64,000 bases of DNA. It comes from Bacteriovorax stolpii (GTDB taxonomy: Bacteria > Bdellovibrionota > UBA2428). How positions within the stretch are numbered: the stretch's first letter is position 1; every line of letters starts with the position of its first letter. The DNA lies in assembly GCA_945881775.1 (NCBI GenBank), contig CAMCVE010000004.1:46690-110689 (forward strand), read 5' to 3'. The notes below the pieces were generated by a model. It saw only the letters and a program-made list of their open reading frames with translations, did not search any database and was not told the DNA's origin. Below, one piece after another: positions 25,664 to 34,057 of this stretch. Both the position numbers and the translations under genes were made by a program.

Positions 25664-26853
25664 AATTCGTTTTTGTAGCCGCTCGCCGCACACCCTTTGG
25701 AAAATTCGGAGGCTCGTTTGCGGCTCTCTCGGCTACGGATCTTGCAGTCGAAGCTTCGCGCGCTTGTCTGGAGCAGAGTGGTCTCGCTCCCGAAGACATT
25801 CACTCCTCGGTTTTTGGAAATGTGATCCAGAGCTCGCCTGACGCCATTTATCTCGCTCGACATGTGGCGCTCAAGATCGGCGCTCCGGTCACGACACCAG
25901 CGCTTACCGTTAACAGGCTGTGTGGTTCGGGTTTTGAAGCCGTGGTGCAAGGGGCTTACTTACTCGCAAGTGGCGAGGCCGAGTGCGTGCTAGTGGGCGG
26001 AACTGAAAATATGACTCAGGTGCCGTACGTGCTTCGTGATGCTCGCTTCGGATATCGAATGGGCAATTCCGAAATTGAAGATGCTCTGCACACGGGCCTA
26101 GTGGATTCCTACACGGGTCTTCCGATGGCAATCACGGCAGAGAACCTGGCTGAAAAATATGGGATTTCGCGTGCTGAGGTGGATGCCTATGCACTCCGCA
26201 GCCAGCAGGGTGCCGCCGATGCTTGGAGCAAGGGACTTTTCAAGGAGGAAGTGGTGCCTGTTGTTCTCAAGACCAAAAAAGGTGAAACCCGTGTTGAGAA
26301 AGACGAGCATCTTCGGCCCGAGACGACAGCAGAGGGTCTCGCGAAGCTGCCTGCGCTTTTCAAGAAAGACGGGACGGTCACGGCAGGCACGGCAAGTGGC
26401 ATCGTCGACGGTGCTTCGGCTCTCATCCTGACGACGAGGACCTTTGCTGAGAAGCGTTCGCTAAGAATCATGGGCACGCTCAAGGCTTGGGGCTCTTCGG
26501 GCTGCGATCCCAAGGTCATGGGTATCGGTCCGGTTTCAGCGACTCATAAAGCGCTCAGGCATTATCAGCAGCTGACCGGTAAGGCCATCACGGTGAAGGA
26601 CTTCCGACGCGTTGAAGTGAATGAAGCTTTTGGTGCTCAGTATCTCGCCGTCGCCAAAGAGCTCGGCCTGGATTCCGCGAAGACCAACATCAACGGAGGC
26701 GCCATTGCTATTGGCCATCCACTCGCTGCTTCGGGCGCACGACTCACGACTCATCTGCTCTACGATCTCAAGCGACTCGGCGGCGGTTTAGGCCTCGCCA
26801 GCGCTTGCATCGGCGGCGGTCAGGGAATGAGTCTGGTGGTGGAGGTGGCGTGA
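25654..26853 (+). CDS. Acetyl-CoA C-acyltransferase / acetoacetyl-CoA thiolase
   Basis: 399-aa ORF. Catalytic Cys in VNRLCGSG, plus the thiolase C-terminal motifs NINGGAIAIGHPLAASG and ACIGGGQG. Confidence 0.9.
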   Translation: MSLEFVFVAARRTPFGKFGGSFAALSATDLAVEASRACLEQSGLAPEDIHSSVFGNVIQSSPDAIYLARHVALKIGAPVTTPALTVNRLCGSGFEAVVQGAYLLASGEAECVLVGGTENMTQVPYVLRDARFGYRMGNSEIEDALHTGLVDSYTGLPMAITAENLAEKYGISRAEVDAYALRSQQGAADAWSKGLFKEEVVPVVLKTKKGETRVEKDEHLRPETTAEGLAKLPALFKKDGTVTAGTASGIVDGASALILTTRTFAEKRSLRIMGTLKAWGSSGCDPKVMGIGPVSATHKALRHYQQLTGKAITVKDFRRVEVNEAFGAQYLAVAKELGLDSAKTNINGGAIAIGHPLAASGARLTTHLLYDLKRLGGGLGLASACIGGGQGMSLVVEVA

Positions 26854-27815
26854 AAACGTCGAGGTCCTTTGTTCTCGTCTGCACAGTGCTTCTGAGTTTC
26901 TTGGCACCGAGTCTTAGGGCTCAGCTAAGTCCTGAGCTCACGAGTTGGAAATGGGCTGCGCTCAGAGAATCCGGCACACCTGAGGCGGCTGTCTTAGAGC
27001 TATGTCGAGAGATCGATGCGCGCTACGCCAAGCTCGGTTGGAAAAAGTCTCGTTGCTCGGATTTTCCATTTAAAATTTTTGGATGGTCGGTCGAGAACCG
27101 ACCGCTAGTTTACTGGGATGCGCCAACGGAGAAGGTCAGTGACAAACTCACACTTCTTCAATGTGGAATTCACGGAGACGAAGTCACCGCGATTCCGATG
27201 TGTCTGATCATGCTTGGTGAGGTCTTTGATCGTAAACGAGAACTCCCAGCAGGGCTCGGTTTTGTCGTGCAGCCGCTCCTTAATCCGGATGGCTTTCTGG
27301 CTCCCAAAGTGCAGCGTCCAAATGCGCGCGGAGTTGATTTGAATCGTAACTTCTCGACTCCCGAATGGGAAAAAGAGGCACTCGCATTCTGGAGCTCAAA
27401 GGACCGCAAAGATCCGCGCAAGTTTCCAGGGAACTCGGCAGCCTCTGAACCTGAAGTGCTTGCGATCGTCGAGTTTATTCGTAGCCGCCAGCCTCAGAAG
27501 ATCATCTCGATTCATACGCCCTTAGGCTTTCTGGAGCTCGACTCGAAAGGCGACCGCGACACCGTTCGTCGGGCCAAGTTCCTGGCCATCAACATGGTTG
27601 AGAATGCGAAAAATCTGAACTTTAAATCCTACGGTATCTGGCCCGGTTCTCTTGGCAACTATGCGGGTGTGCATCTGAAAATCCCGGTTTACACGATGGA
27701 GCTTCCTCCTGGAACGTCTTTGAGGGCCAAGATGCATCACTGGGACTCTTATGGATTTAGTCTCTGGCGAGCGATTCAATTCGATCTAGATTCAGGCGTT
27801 TTCCGAGAGGACTAG
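26850..27815 (+). CDS. M14-family zinc carboxypeptidase (MpaA / murein peptide amidase-like)
   Basis: GTG 26850 overlaps the thiolase stop and yields the signal peptide VKTSRSFVLVCTVLLSFLAPSLRA. Zn ligands are in CGIHGDEVTA and ISIHTPLG. DLNRNF motif present. Confidence 0.75.
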   Translation: MKTSRSFVLVCTVLLSFLAPSLRAQLSPELTSWKWAALRESGTPEAAVLELCREIDARYAKLGWKKSRCSDFPFKIFGWSVENRPLVYWDAPTEKVSDKLTLLQCGIHGDEVTAIPMCLIMLGEVFDRKRELPAGLGFVVQPLLNPDGFLAPKVQRPNARGVDLNRNFSTPEWEKEALAFWSSKDRKDPRKFPGNSAASEPEVLAIVEFIRSRQPQKIISIHTPLGFLELDSKGDRDTVRRAKFLAINMVENAKNLNFKSYGIWPGSLGNYAGVHLKIPVYTMELPPGTSLRAKMHHWDSYGFSLWRAIQFDLDSGVFRED

Positions 27816-27856
27816 CGCGACTTCTTCTGCCGCAGCAAGTGTGCTAGAAAGAAGCC

Positions 27857-29242
27857 ATGTCTGTCGTCGTCAGGTTCGCTCCATCACCCACGGGAATGCT
27901 TCATGTTGGAGGTGCCCGCACGGCCATTTTCAATTATTTTTTTGCGAGGGCCCACGGGGGTCGCTTCATTTTACGGATCGAAGACACGGACACGGAACGT
28001 TCCAAACAAGAATACACGGATGAGATTCTCGATAGCATGAGATGGCTCGGGCTCGACTGGGATGCGGAACCGATTTACCAGACACAGCGTTTTGACCTCT
28101 ATCGCTCTTATGTTCGCAAGATGCTCAACGCTGGCACCGCCTACAAATGTTGGGCGACGGCGGCCGAGATTGATGAAATGAGAGCCAAAGCCCAGGCCGA
28201 AGGCAAGAAGCCTATGTACGATCGTCGCTTTCGCGACTTCGAGGGGCCAGAGCCTGCGGGTCCGTATGTGGTTCGTTTCAAAGCACCGCTCACAGGGACG
28301 ACAATCGTGCATGATCTCATTAAAGGCGATGTGAGCTTCGCCAACGAAGAGATTGATGACTTTGTGATTCTGCGCTCAAACGACGCCCCGACTTACAACT
28401 TCACGGTTGTGGTGGACGACGTGGAGATGGGTATTAGCCATGTCATCCGCGGTGACGATCATCTCAACAACACCCCCAAGCAGATCATGCTCATGAACGC
28501 TCTCGGTATGAAAGTGCCTCATTACGCCCACGTCCCCATGATTCTTGGTTCCGATAAGGTCAAGCTCTCAAAACGTCATGGAGCCGTGGCGGTCACCAAT
28601 TACCGCGAAGAGGGATATCTTCCCGAAGCGATGCTCAATGCTCTTGTGCGACTGGGTTGGGCTCGTGGGGATCAAGAAATTTTTTCGAAGGCTGATCTCG
28701 CTGCTGAGTTTAAACTTGAAGGTTGCGGCTCCTCGCCGTCGGTTTTTGATCGCACGAAGCTCGATCACCTCAACAACCACTACATTCGTGAAAAAAGTCT
28801 CGAGGAGCTTAGCGATCTGCTGAAGCTAAGCTACGGAGTGGATCTCTCAGTGCTTCTTGCGACGCCCTCGTCCCGCAAACTTTTCGAAGCACTCCGTGAG
28901 CGCGCCGTAAAGCTCACCGACTTTGCATCGCTCGCGTCGTGGTATCTCGACAACAATTTTGTACGCGACGAAGCTTCCATGAAAGAAATTGTGGCCACCA
29001 CACCACGCGATGCGCTCGACGCCCTCGCCGGCAAATGGGCCGCACTCGCGACTGCTGACTTTTCTGGCCCCAAAGCCTTTGAAGCCATCAAGGAAACCGC
29101 TAACAATCTTAAGCTCAAGATTCCTCAGCTCGCAAAACCTGTTCGTGTGCTCCTTACCGGAACTCTGGCGAGTCCTGATCTCGGCATCGTGCTTGAGGCT
29201 CTCGGGCGCGACCGGGCTTTAGAGCGACTCCGCCGAATTTAG
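27857..29242 (+). CDS. gltX: Glutamate--tRNA ligase
   Basis: 461-aa ORF. HIGH-type motif PSPTGMLHVGGART, KMSKS-type motif KLSKRHG, and a GltX-like core (ILRIEDTD). Confidence 0.95.
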   Translation: MSVVVRFAPSPTGMLHVGGARTAIFNYFFARAHGGRFILRIEDTDTERSKQEYTDEILDSMRWLGLDWDAEPIYQTQRFDLYRSYVRKMLNAGTAYKCWATAAEIDEMRAKAQAEGKKPMYDRRFRDFEGPEPAGPYVVRFKAPLTGTTIVHDLIKGDVSFANEEIDDFVILRSNDAPTYNFTVVVDDVEMGISHVIRGDDHLNNTPKQIMLMNALGMKVPHYAHVPMILGSDKVKLSKRHGAVAVTNYREEGYLPEAMLNALVRLGWARGDQEIFSKADLAAEFKLEGCGSSPSVFDRTKLDHLNNHYIREKSLEELSDLLKLSYGVDLSVLLATPSSRKLFEALRERAVKLTDFASLASWYLDNNFVRDEASMKEIVATTPRDALDALAGKWAALATADFSGPKAFEAIKETANNLKLKIPQLAKPVRVLLTGTLASPDLGIVLEALGRDRALERLRRI

Positions 29243-29934
29243 CCGGCAATTTCTGCGTGAGGGTCGATTCCTAGAACGACTCTGACGCGTTTGCGAAGCG
29301 TCCGCTCGACTTTCAAAACGTGTTCGTCGACGCTCGCCGAAAGTTCTCGGGCTCCTATGCGTTTGAGATGCTTCGAGAGGATGTAGATCGGCGCTGGGTC
29401 GGGCAATGTGGCGTTTGCGCGAGGCGGAGATAGGGCGCGTTGTTTGCGATTTTTTAGGTGACGGCGCATGCGCTCTCTAACTTTGGATCTCAGATGAGCT
29501 TCGCGGTGACGATGTTCGTCGTCCAGGCTCTCGAGCAGCAGGCTGGGAACGGGAGTGGGTTTGCGGTTCTCATCGAGAGCCACGAAGGTCAGATAAGCGC
29601 TCGTGGCTTGGGTGCGATTGCCGGTGTAGGGATCTTCTCTCTCAACTCGCACTTCAATTTCCATAGAGGTGCGGCCCGTGTAGTTCACTTGCGAAGTGAG
29701 AATCACGTGGTCCCCGAGAAAAAGCGGCATGAGAAATGAAATGCTGTCGACGTGGACCGTGACCACAAAGGGAACGCCGGAATAGCGCCTGGCGCTCATG
29801 AAGGCGACCTCGTCGATCCAGGCCATGATCTTGCCGCCGAAAAGAGTCCCGTTGGGATTGAGGTCCTCGTGACCTACGATTTTTCGATTTGTGAAAACAC
29901 TGTCGCGTGAATTTTTTTGTGAGGTGTGTGACAA
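29239..29934 (-). CDS. Acyl-CoA thioesterase (hotdog fold, YciA/BFIT-like) with a basic C-terminal extension
   Basis: 231-aa ORF. Motifs NPNGTLFGGKIMAWIDEVAFMSA and GRTSMEIEVRV. The last ~75 aa are Arg/Lys-rich and unassigned. Its stop codon overlaps the gltX stop. Confidence 0.75.
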   Translation of the reverse strand: MSHTSQKNSRDSVFTNRKIVGHEDLNPNGTLFGGKIMAWIDEVAFMSARRYSGVPFVVTVHVDSISFLMPLFLGDHVILTSQVNYTGRTSMEIEVRVEREDPYTGNRTQATSAYLTFVALDENRKPTPVPSLLLESLDDEHRHREAHLRSKVRERMRRHLKNRKQRALSPPRANATLPDPAPIYILSKHLKRIGARELSASVDEHVLKVERTLRKRVRVVLGIDPHAEIAG

Positions 29935-30014
29935 GAAGATCCTCCCCGAGTTTCGTTGCTTGACGAGAGATCTTCTAACAAGCTTCCAAAGTATTTGGCA
30001 GAGCTAATTTCAAT

Positions 30015-30055
30015 CGTAATGGCACCACGGCGCTTAGCGCCGTGGTGCCATTACG
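30015..30055. repeat. Perfect 19-bp inverted repeat with a 3-nt loop (cgtaatggcaccacggcgc-tta-gcgccgtggtgccattacg)
   Basis: Verified base by base: 30015-30033 is the exact reverse complement of 30037-30055. It sits in the 204-bp spacer at the high-GC/low-GC transition. No flanking U/T-run on either strand. Confidence 0.9.
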
Positions 30056-30138
30056 GCCCTAGATTCTGCTTCCCTGTATCAAATCCTTACGCATGCTTCA
30101 TCATTTCTATATCTTGGGCGGTTTCATTGAATGATAAA

Positions 30139-30708
30139 ATGAGGAGGATGAGAATTTATTTCTTACTGTTCTGTATGTTTTTTTCGGCACCCGTTTTTGC
30201 TCAAGAATTGAACGAACGTGTTTGGAATACGACTGAAATACCTCAATGTCATGGCCCCGGTCCTGAATGGAAAGAAACTTGCGACGATTTCTCACAAGGA
30301 GTTTTGTTTCATCAACAGCATCACTTAGAGCACAGTCGCTACAGCTATTACAAAGCCTGCATGTCCAACTCGAATACTCTGCCAAATTCCTGCAACAACT
30401 TAGGTGTGCTGGAAAGGGAAGAACAAAATCTCAAAGACTCGGATTATTACTTAGAAAAGGCTTGCCTGGCAGGAAGTCAAACTGGATGCAATAACTTTGT
30501 GCTCAATCAAGCTTATCAAGGAAATTTCAAGGAGATTCTTGTGCGAGCCGAAGCGTTTTGCTTGAAACAATCCGAGGAAAAGCTTTGCGCCTATCTTCCC
30601 TTTATGAGGGATCCCAGCAAACACCCCATTGCCAAAAGTTTCATTCAGAGTGCCTACTCTCAGGAATTTAAAAGAAAGAACGCCAACAAACAAATTCCTT
30701 CAGACTAA
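30139..30708 (+). CDS. Secreted Sel1-like repeat, cysteine-rich protein (Helicobacter Hcp-like)
   Basis: 189 aa from ATG 30139, with signal peptide MRRMRIYFLLFCMFFSAPVFAQE. Paired-Cys SLR pattern: YYKACMSNSNTLPNSCNNLGVL...YYLEKACLAGSQTGCNNF. Hand-counted GC is about 28-50% per 60-nt line, against about 55-60% in the flanks. Confidence 0.6.
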   Translation: MRRMRIYFLLFCMFFSAPVFAQELNERVWNTTEIPQCHGPGPEWKETCDDFSQGVLFHQQHHLEHSRYSYYKACMSNSNTLPNSCNNLGVLEREEQNLKDSDYYLEKACLAGSQTGCNNFVLNQAYQGNFKEILVRAEAFCLKQSEEKLCAYLPFMRDPSKHPIAKSFIQSAYSQEFKRKNANKQIPSD

Positions 30709-30709
30709 G

Positions 30710-31063
30710 TTATTTGCCCTTGCAACGGCGTGAGCGATCGGATTCTGACAAGAGTCGCATGAGCTCGGCATAAGAAGCATCATCGGACGTGGATCCCACT
30801 AAATTGCATTTTTCATTTTTTAACGAATAGAGAGTGCCCGTTCGACCTGAACCGCTGTAGCTCAGAACAATCATCAGTCGTTCACGAGCCGAAAAATGCA
30901 CGTCGGGACTTAAACTGATTTCAAGATCGCAGAGGAGTTTGGTCCCCTCGCTCACGCGCAGGCGTCCGTCGGAGTCGCCAACGTCGGTGCGCACAAATTC
31001 AAAACCTGCGTAAAGGGTGCGGACTTCTTTCGAGAATCCTTCTTCCTGAACCCAGTGGCTCAC
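30710..31063 (-). CDS. Hypothetical protein; probably the 3' part of a frameshifted lipoprotein gene
   Basis: 117-aa ORF from GTG 31063. Its reading frame stays open upstream without a start codon. A 39-codon ORF in another frame (31179-31063) encodes a lipoprotein signal, MRKILPLILLGAC. Confidence 0.45.
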   Translation of the reverse strand: MSHWVQEEGFSKEVRTLYAGFEFVRTDVGDSDGRLRVSEGTKLLCDLEISLSPDVHFSARERLMIVLSYSGSGRTGTLYSLKNEKCNLVGSTSDDASYAELMRLLSESDRSRRCKGK

Positions 31064-31181
31064 AAGAGGGGCGGCGCAGGTGACGAGACTAGCGAGTTTT
31101 TTGTTGTGAGTGGAGACGGTTCCGATGCCCTCAGTGAGACGCAGGCTCCCAGTAAAATTAAAGGAAGAATTTTTCTCATCT

Positions 31182-33143
31182 TCATTCTTCCGTTAAGGCG
31201 TCTTTCGAGAAATCTTCGAGTGTTGAAGTGTCTCCGCGGATCTCTCCATTCACGGCGAGTTCACGCAGCAAGCGTCGCATGATCTTGCCGCTGCGGGTTT
31301 TGGGCAAAGCCTTTGCGATGCGAACTTCGTTGGGCTTGGCGAAAGAACCGATCTCGAGTCCAACTTGTTCGCGTGCTTCGTTTTTGATGGAGTCGATGTC
31401 GCGCTTTCCGCTCGCAATGTCTCGGTAAGCTTTCTCGGTGAGTTCCACAAAAACCACGATGCCCTGACCTTTGATCGCGTCGGGGACGCCGACGGCGGCC
31501 GCTTCGTAAATGTCTTGATGTCCTACGAGGGCACTTTCGACTTCAGCCGTGCCGATGCGGTGTCCGGAGACGTTCAGTACGTCGTCCATGCGCCCTTCGA
31601 CCCAGAGATCGCCTTCGTCATCGAACATGGCGAGGTCTCCTGTGAGATAAACGCCGTCAAAGGCTGGCGAGGAGCGCCAATAGGTTTTCTCAAAACGCGC
31701 GGGGTCGCCCCAGATGCCGCGAGCCATCGAAGGCCAGGGCTCGCGGATGATGAGCGCGCCCTTTTTGCCGCGGCCCAGGCTCTTGCCCGTATCGGGATCG
31801 ACAACATCGAGAAGGACTCCCGGCAGACCTTTGGTGGCAGAGCCGGGCTTGAGCACTGTCGCTCCCGGGAACGGCGCGACCATCGCGCCGCCCGTCTCGG
31901 TTTGCCAGTAAGTGTCGACGATCGGACAGCGTTTGTGGCCGATGTTTTCAAAGAACCAGTTCCACGCTTCGGGGTTGATGGGCTCGCCGACGCTTCCAAG
32001 AATGCGCAGACTCGCGAGGGAATGTTTGGCGGGCAGTTCCTCGCCCGAGCTCATGAACATGCGAATCGCTGTGGGCGAGGTGTAGAGCGTGCTGATCTTG
32101 TGCCTGTCGATCATTTCCCAAAACCGGTCTTTATGGGGGTGGGTGGGGGCGCCTTCATACATGAACTGAGTGAGTCCGTTGGAGAGGGGGCCATAGGCGA
32201 TGTAGGTGTGTCCCGTGATCCAGCCGCAGTCAGCCGTGCACCAGAAGATATCATTGTCTTGCACGTCGAAGAGCCAACGCGTGCTCCAATGGGCCCAGAG
32301 CAGGTAGCCCGCTTGAGTGTGATAGAGGCCTTTGGGTTTGCCAGTCGTGCCCGAGGTGTAGAGGATAAAAAGAGGATCTTCGCTGTCCAGGGGAAGTGGC
32401 GCGCGAGCCGGCGAGGCTTTGAGGACGGATTCTTCCCAACTGAAATCACGGCCCGCTGTCATCGCGCATTCTTGTGCGGCATCGCGACGGAAGACAAGTA
32501 CACTTGTCACCGAGTGAGAGCCCTTTGTGAGGGCTTCGTCGACGACGCTCTTGAGCTTCATGAATCGACCTTTGCGATAAGTGCCATCGGCCGTGACAAT
32601 CACTTTGGCTCCAGAATCTTGCAGACGATCGCTGATGGACTGCGATGAGAAACCGCCGAAGACCACTGTGTGAATCGCGCCAAGACGCGCGCAGGCTTGC
32701 ATGGTGGCGACGGTTTCGGGGACCATCGGCATGTAGACGAGCACACGGTCTCCCTTCACAACGCCTTGGGCATGGAGAGCATTGCTGATGCGACAGGTGA
32801 GCGCATGAAGCTCCGACCACGTGAGTTTGCGTGTCTGACCTTCGGGCTCGCCTTCCCAAATGATGGCGGTCTTGTCACCACGATCGCGGAGGTGTCGGTC
32901 GAGACAGTTTTCTGACACGTTGAGCTCTCCGCCCTTGAACCAGCTCGCGCGCGGAACTTTCCACTCCAGGACTTCGTTGAAGGGTTTGTGGAACTTGATC
33001 ACTTTGGACAGCTGTGTCCAGAAGGCATCGCGCTGAGATAGTGCGGTGTCACAGAAGCTCTGGCGCACAGTCTCGCTGGAGATGTGAGCCGACGCAGCGA
33101 TATGGGGGAAAGGCGGAATCTTTGCGGGTTTGTGGGTCGACAT
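31182..33143 (-). CDS. acs: Acetyl-coenzyme A synthetase (AMP-forming)
   Basis: AMP-binding motif YTSGTTGKPKG, plus WITGHTYIAYGPL and the C-terminal PKTRSGKIMRR. ATG 33143 is preferred; GTG 33152 is 3 codons upstream. Confidence 0.95.
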   Translation of the reverse strand: MSTHKPAKIPPFPHIAASAHISSETVRQSFCDTALSQRDAFWTQLSKVIKFHKPFNEVLEWKVPRASWFKGGELNVSENCLDRHLRDRGDKTAIIWEGEPEGQTRKLTWSELHALTCRISNALHAQGVVKGDRVLVYMPMVPETVATMQACARLGAIHTVVFGGFSSQSISDRLQDSGAKVIVTADGTYRKGRFMKLKSVVDEALTKGSHSVTSVLVFRRDAAQECAMTAGRDFSWEESVLKASPARAPLPLDSEDPLFILYTSGTTGKPKGLYHTQAGYLLWAHWSTRWLFDVQDNDIFWCTADCGWITGHTYIAYGPLSNGLTQFMYEGAPTHPHKDRFWEMIDRHKISTLYTSPTAIRMFMSSGEELPAKHSLASLRILGSVGEPINPEAWNWFFENIGHKRCPIVDTYWQTETGGAMVAPFPGATVLKPGSATKGLPGVLLDVVDPDTGKSLGRGKKGALIIREPWPSMARGIWGDPARFEKTYWRSSPAFDGVYLTGDLAMFDDEGDLWVEGRMDDVLNVSGHRIGTAEVESALVGHQDIYEAAAVGVPDAIKGQGIVVFVELTEKAYRDIASGKRDIDSIKNEAREQVGLEIGSFAKPNEVRIAKALPKTRSGKIMRRLLRELAVNGEIRGDTSTLEDFSKDALTEE

Positions 33144-33262
33144 GATCTTCACTCTAGGTCGAGCGGCGCGGCCTCACAAAGGGGGCGGACTAAAGTTTTG
33201 ACACTCCGCTTGAGTGCAGGGGGCTGGGCTTGCTGTATCATTGAAAAAGGGGAGAAGTTTCC

Positions 33263-34057
33263 GTGTTTTGTGACCAATTAAGACGCTCTGCTCGATTTGC
33301 TTTATTTGGTGTTTTTGGAGCGCTGGCCGTTGGCGCGCGGGCGCAATCCGGAATGAGCGCGTTGGAGAAAGAACTTCTCCTCGGCAATTCCGATTCGTCC
33401 AGTCAGATCACGGACAGTCCCGTGGCCGAGGAGGAAGCTTCACCCGAAATTCCTCCGGTGAAAGTGGACAAGGATGATCTCGATAAACTCGAGCAAGCCA
33501 TCAGTGGCCCCGATCGTATTCCGCTCGAACAAGTCCTCGTAGTTCAGAAACGCTTTATTCTCAAAGAAGATCGTCAAGAGATCACACCCCTATTTGTGGG
33601 CGTGCAGCCTGCGGATAGTTTTCGCCGGCAGTTCGAATGGGGATTTTCTTGGGCGTATCATTTCACGGAGTCTTTCGGCATCGAAGGTCTGCACGCGGCC
33701 TTCCTCACGAACTACAACACGGGACTCGACGACACCATTGAGCAGAAAACGGGTCTTAAGACTGATTTCGGCGTCACGCCCGTGGTGGTGCTTGGCTCGA
33801 CGCTCATCTGGACTCCTTTCAAGTCCAAGGCGGCAACTCGTGCCAACGTGTATCACTTTGAAACTTACTTCAATCTGGGTGGGGGTCTCGCCCTAGGAGA
33901 AACCTCCAATGATCCTCTCGGAATTTTCGGAGTGGGTTTCCGCGCTTTTCTCAATCGTCGCTCGATTATGAAGATCGAATTGCGTGACTACATGCAGTTC
34001 AGTGGATCGTCCAAACATCGTCTGAGCTTCCTTGTGGGCGGAGGATTTCTCCTATGA
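33263..34057 (+). CDS. Outer-membrane beta-barrel protein (GltH/NfsB-type candidate)
   Basis: 264-aa ORF with a GTG start and GGGGAG upstream. Signal peptide ALFGVFGALAVGARAQS. The C-terminal half has alternating hydrophobic beta-strand patterns and ends FLVGGGFLL. First gene of the overlapping-gene cluster. Confidence 0.5.
   Translation: MFCDQLRRSARFALFGVFGALAVGARAQSGMSALEKELLLGNSDSSSQITDSPVAEEEASPEIPPVKVDKDDLDKLEQAISGPDRIPLEQVLVVQKRFILKEDRQEITPLFVGVQPADSFRRQFEWGFSWAYHFTESFGIEGLHAAFLTNYNTGLDDTIEQKTGLKTDFGVTPVVVLGSTLIWTPFKSKAATRANVYHFETYFNLGGGLALGETSNDPLGIFGVGFRAFLNRRSIMKIELRDYMQFSGSSKHRLSFLVGGGFLL

Noticed and set aside
31365-32648. 427-aa ORF on the plus strand opposite acs
   Set aside because: It lies entirely antisense to a gene with unmistakable acetyl-CoA synthetase motifs, and its Arg/Ala/Gly-rich composition is typical of shadow ORFs in GC-rich coding DNA.
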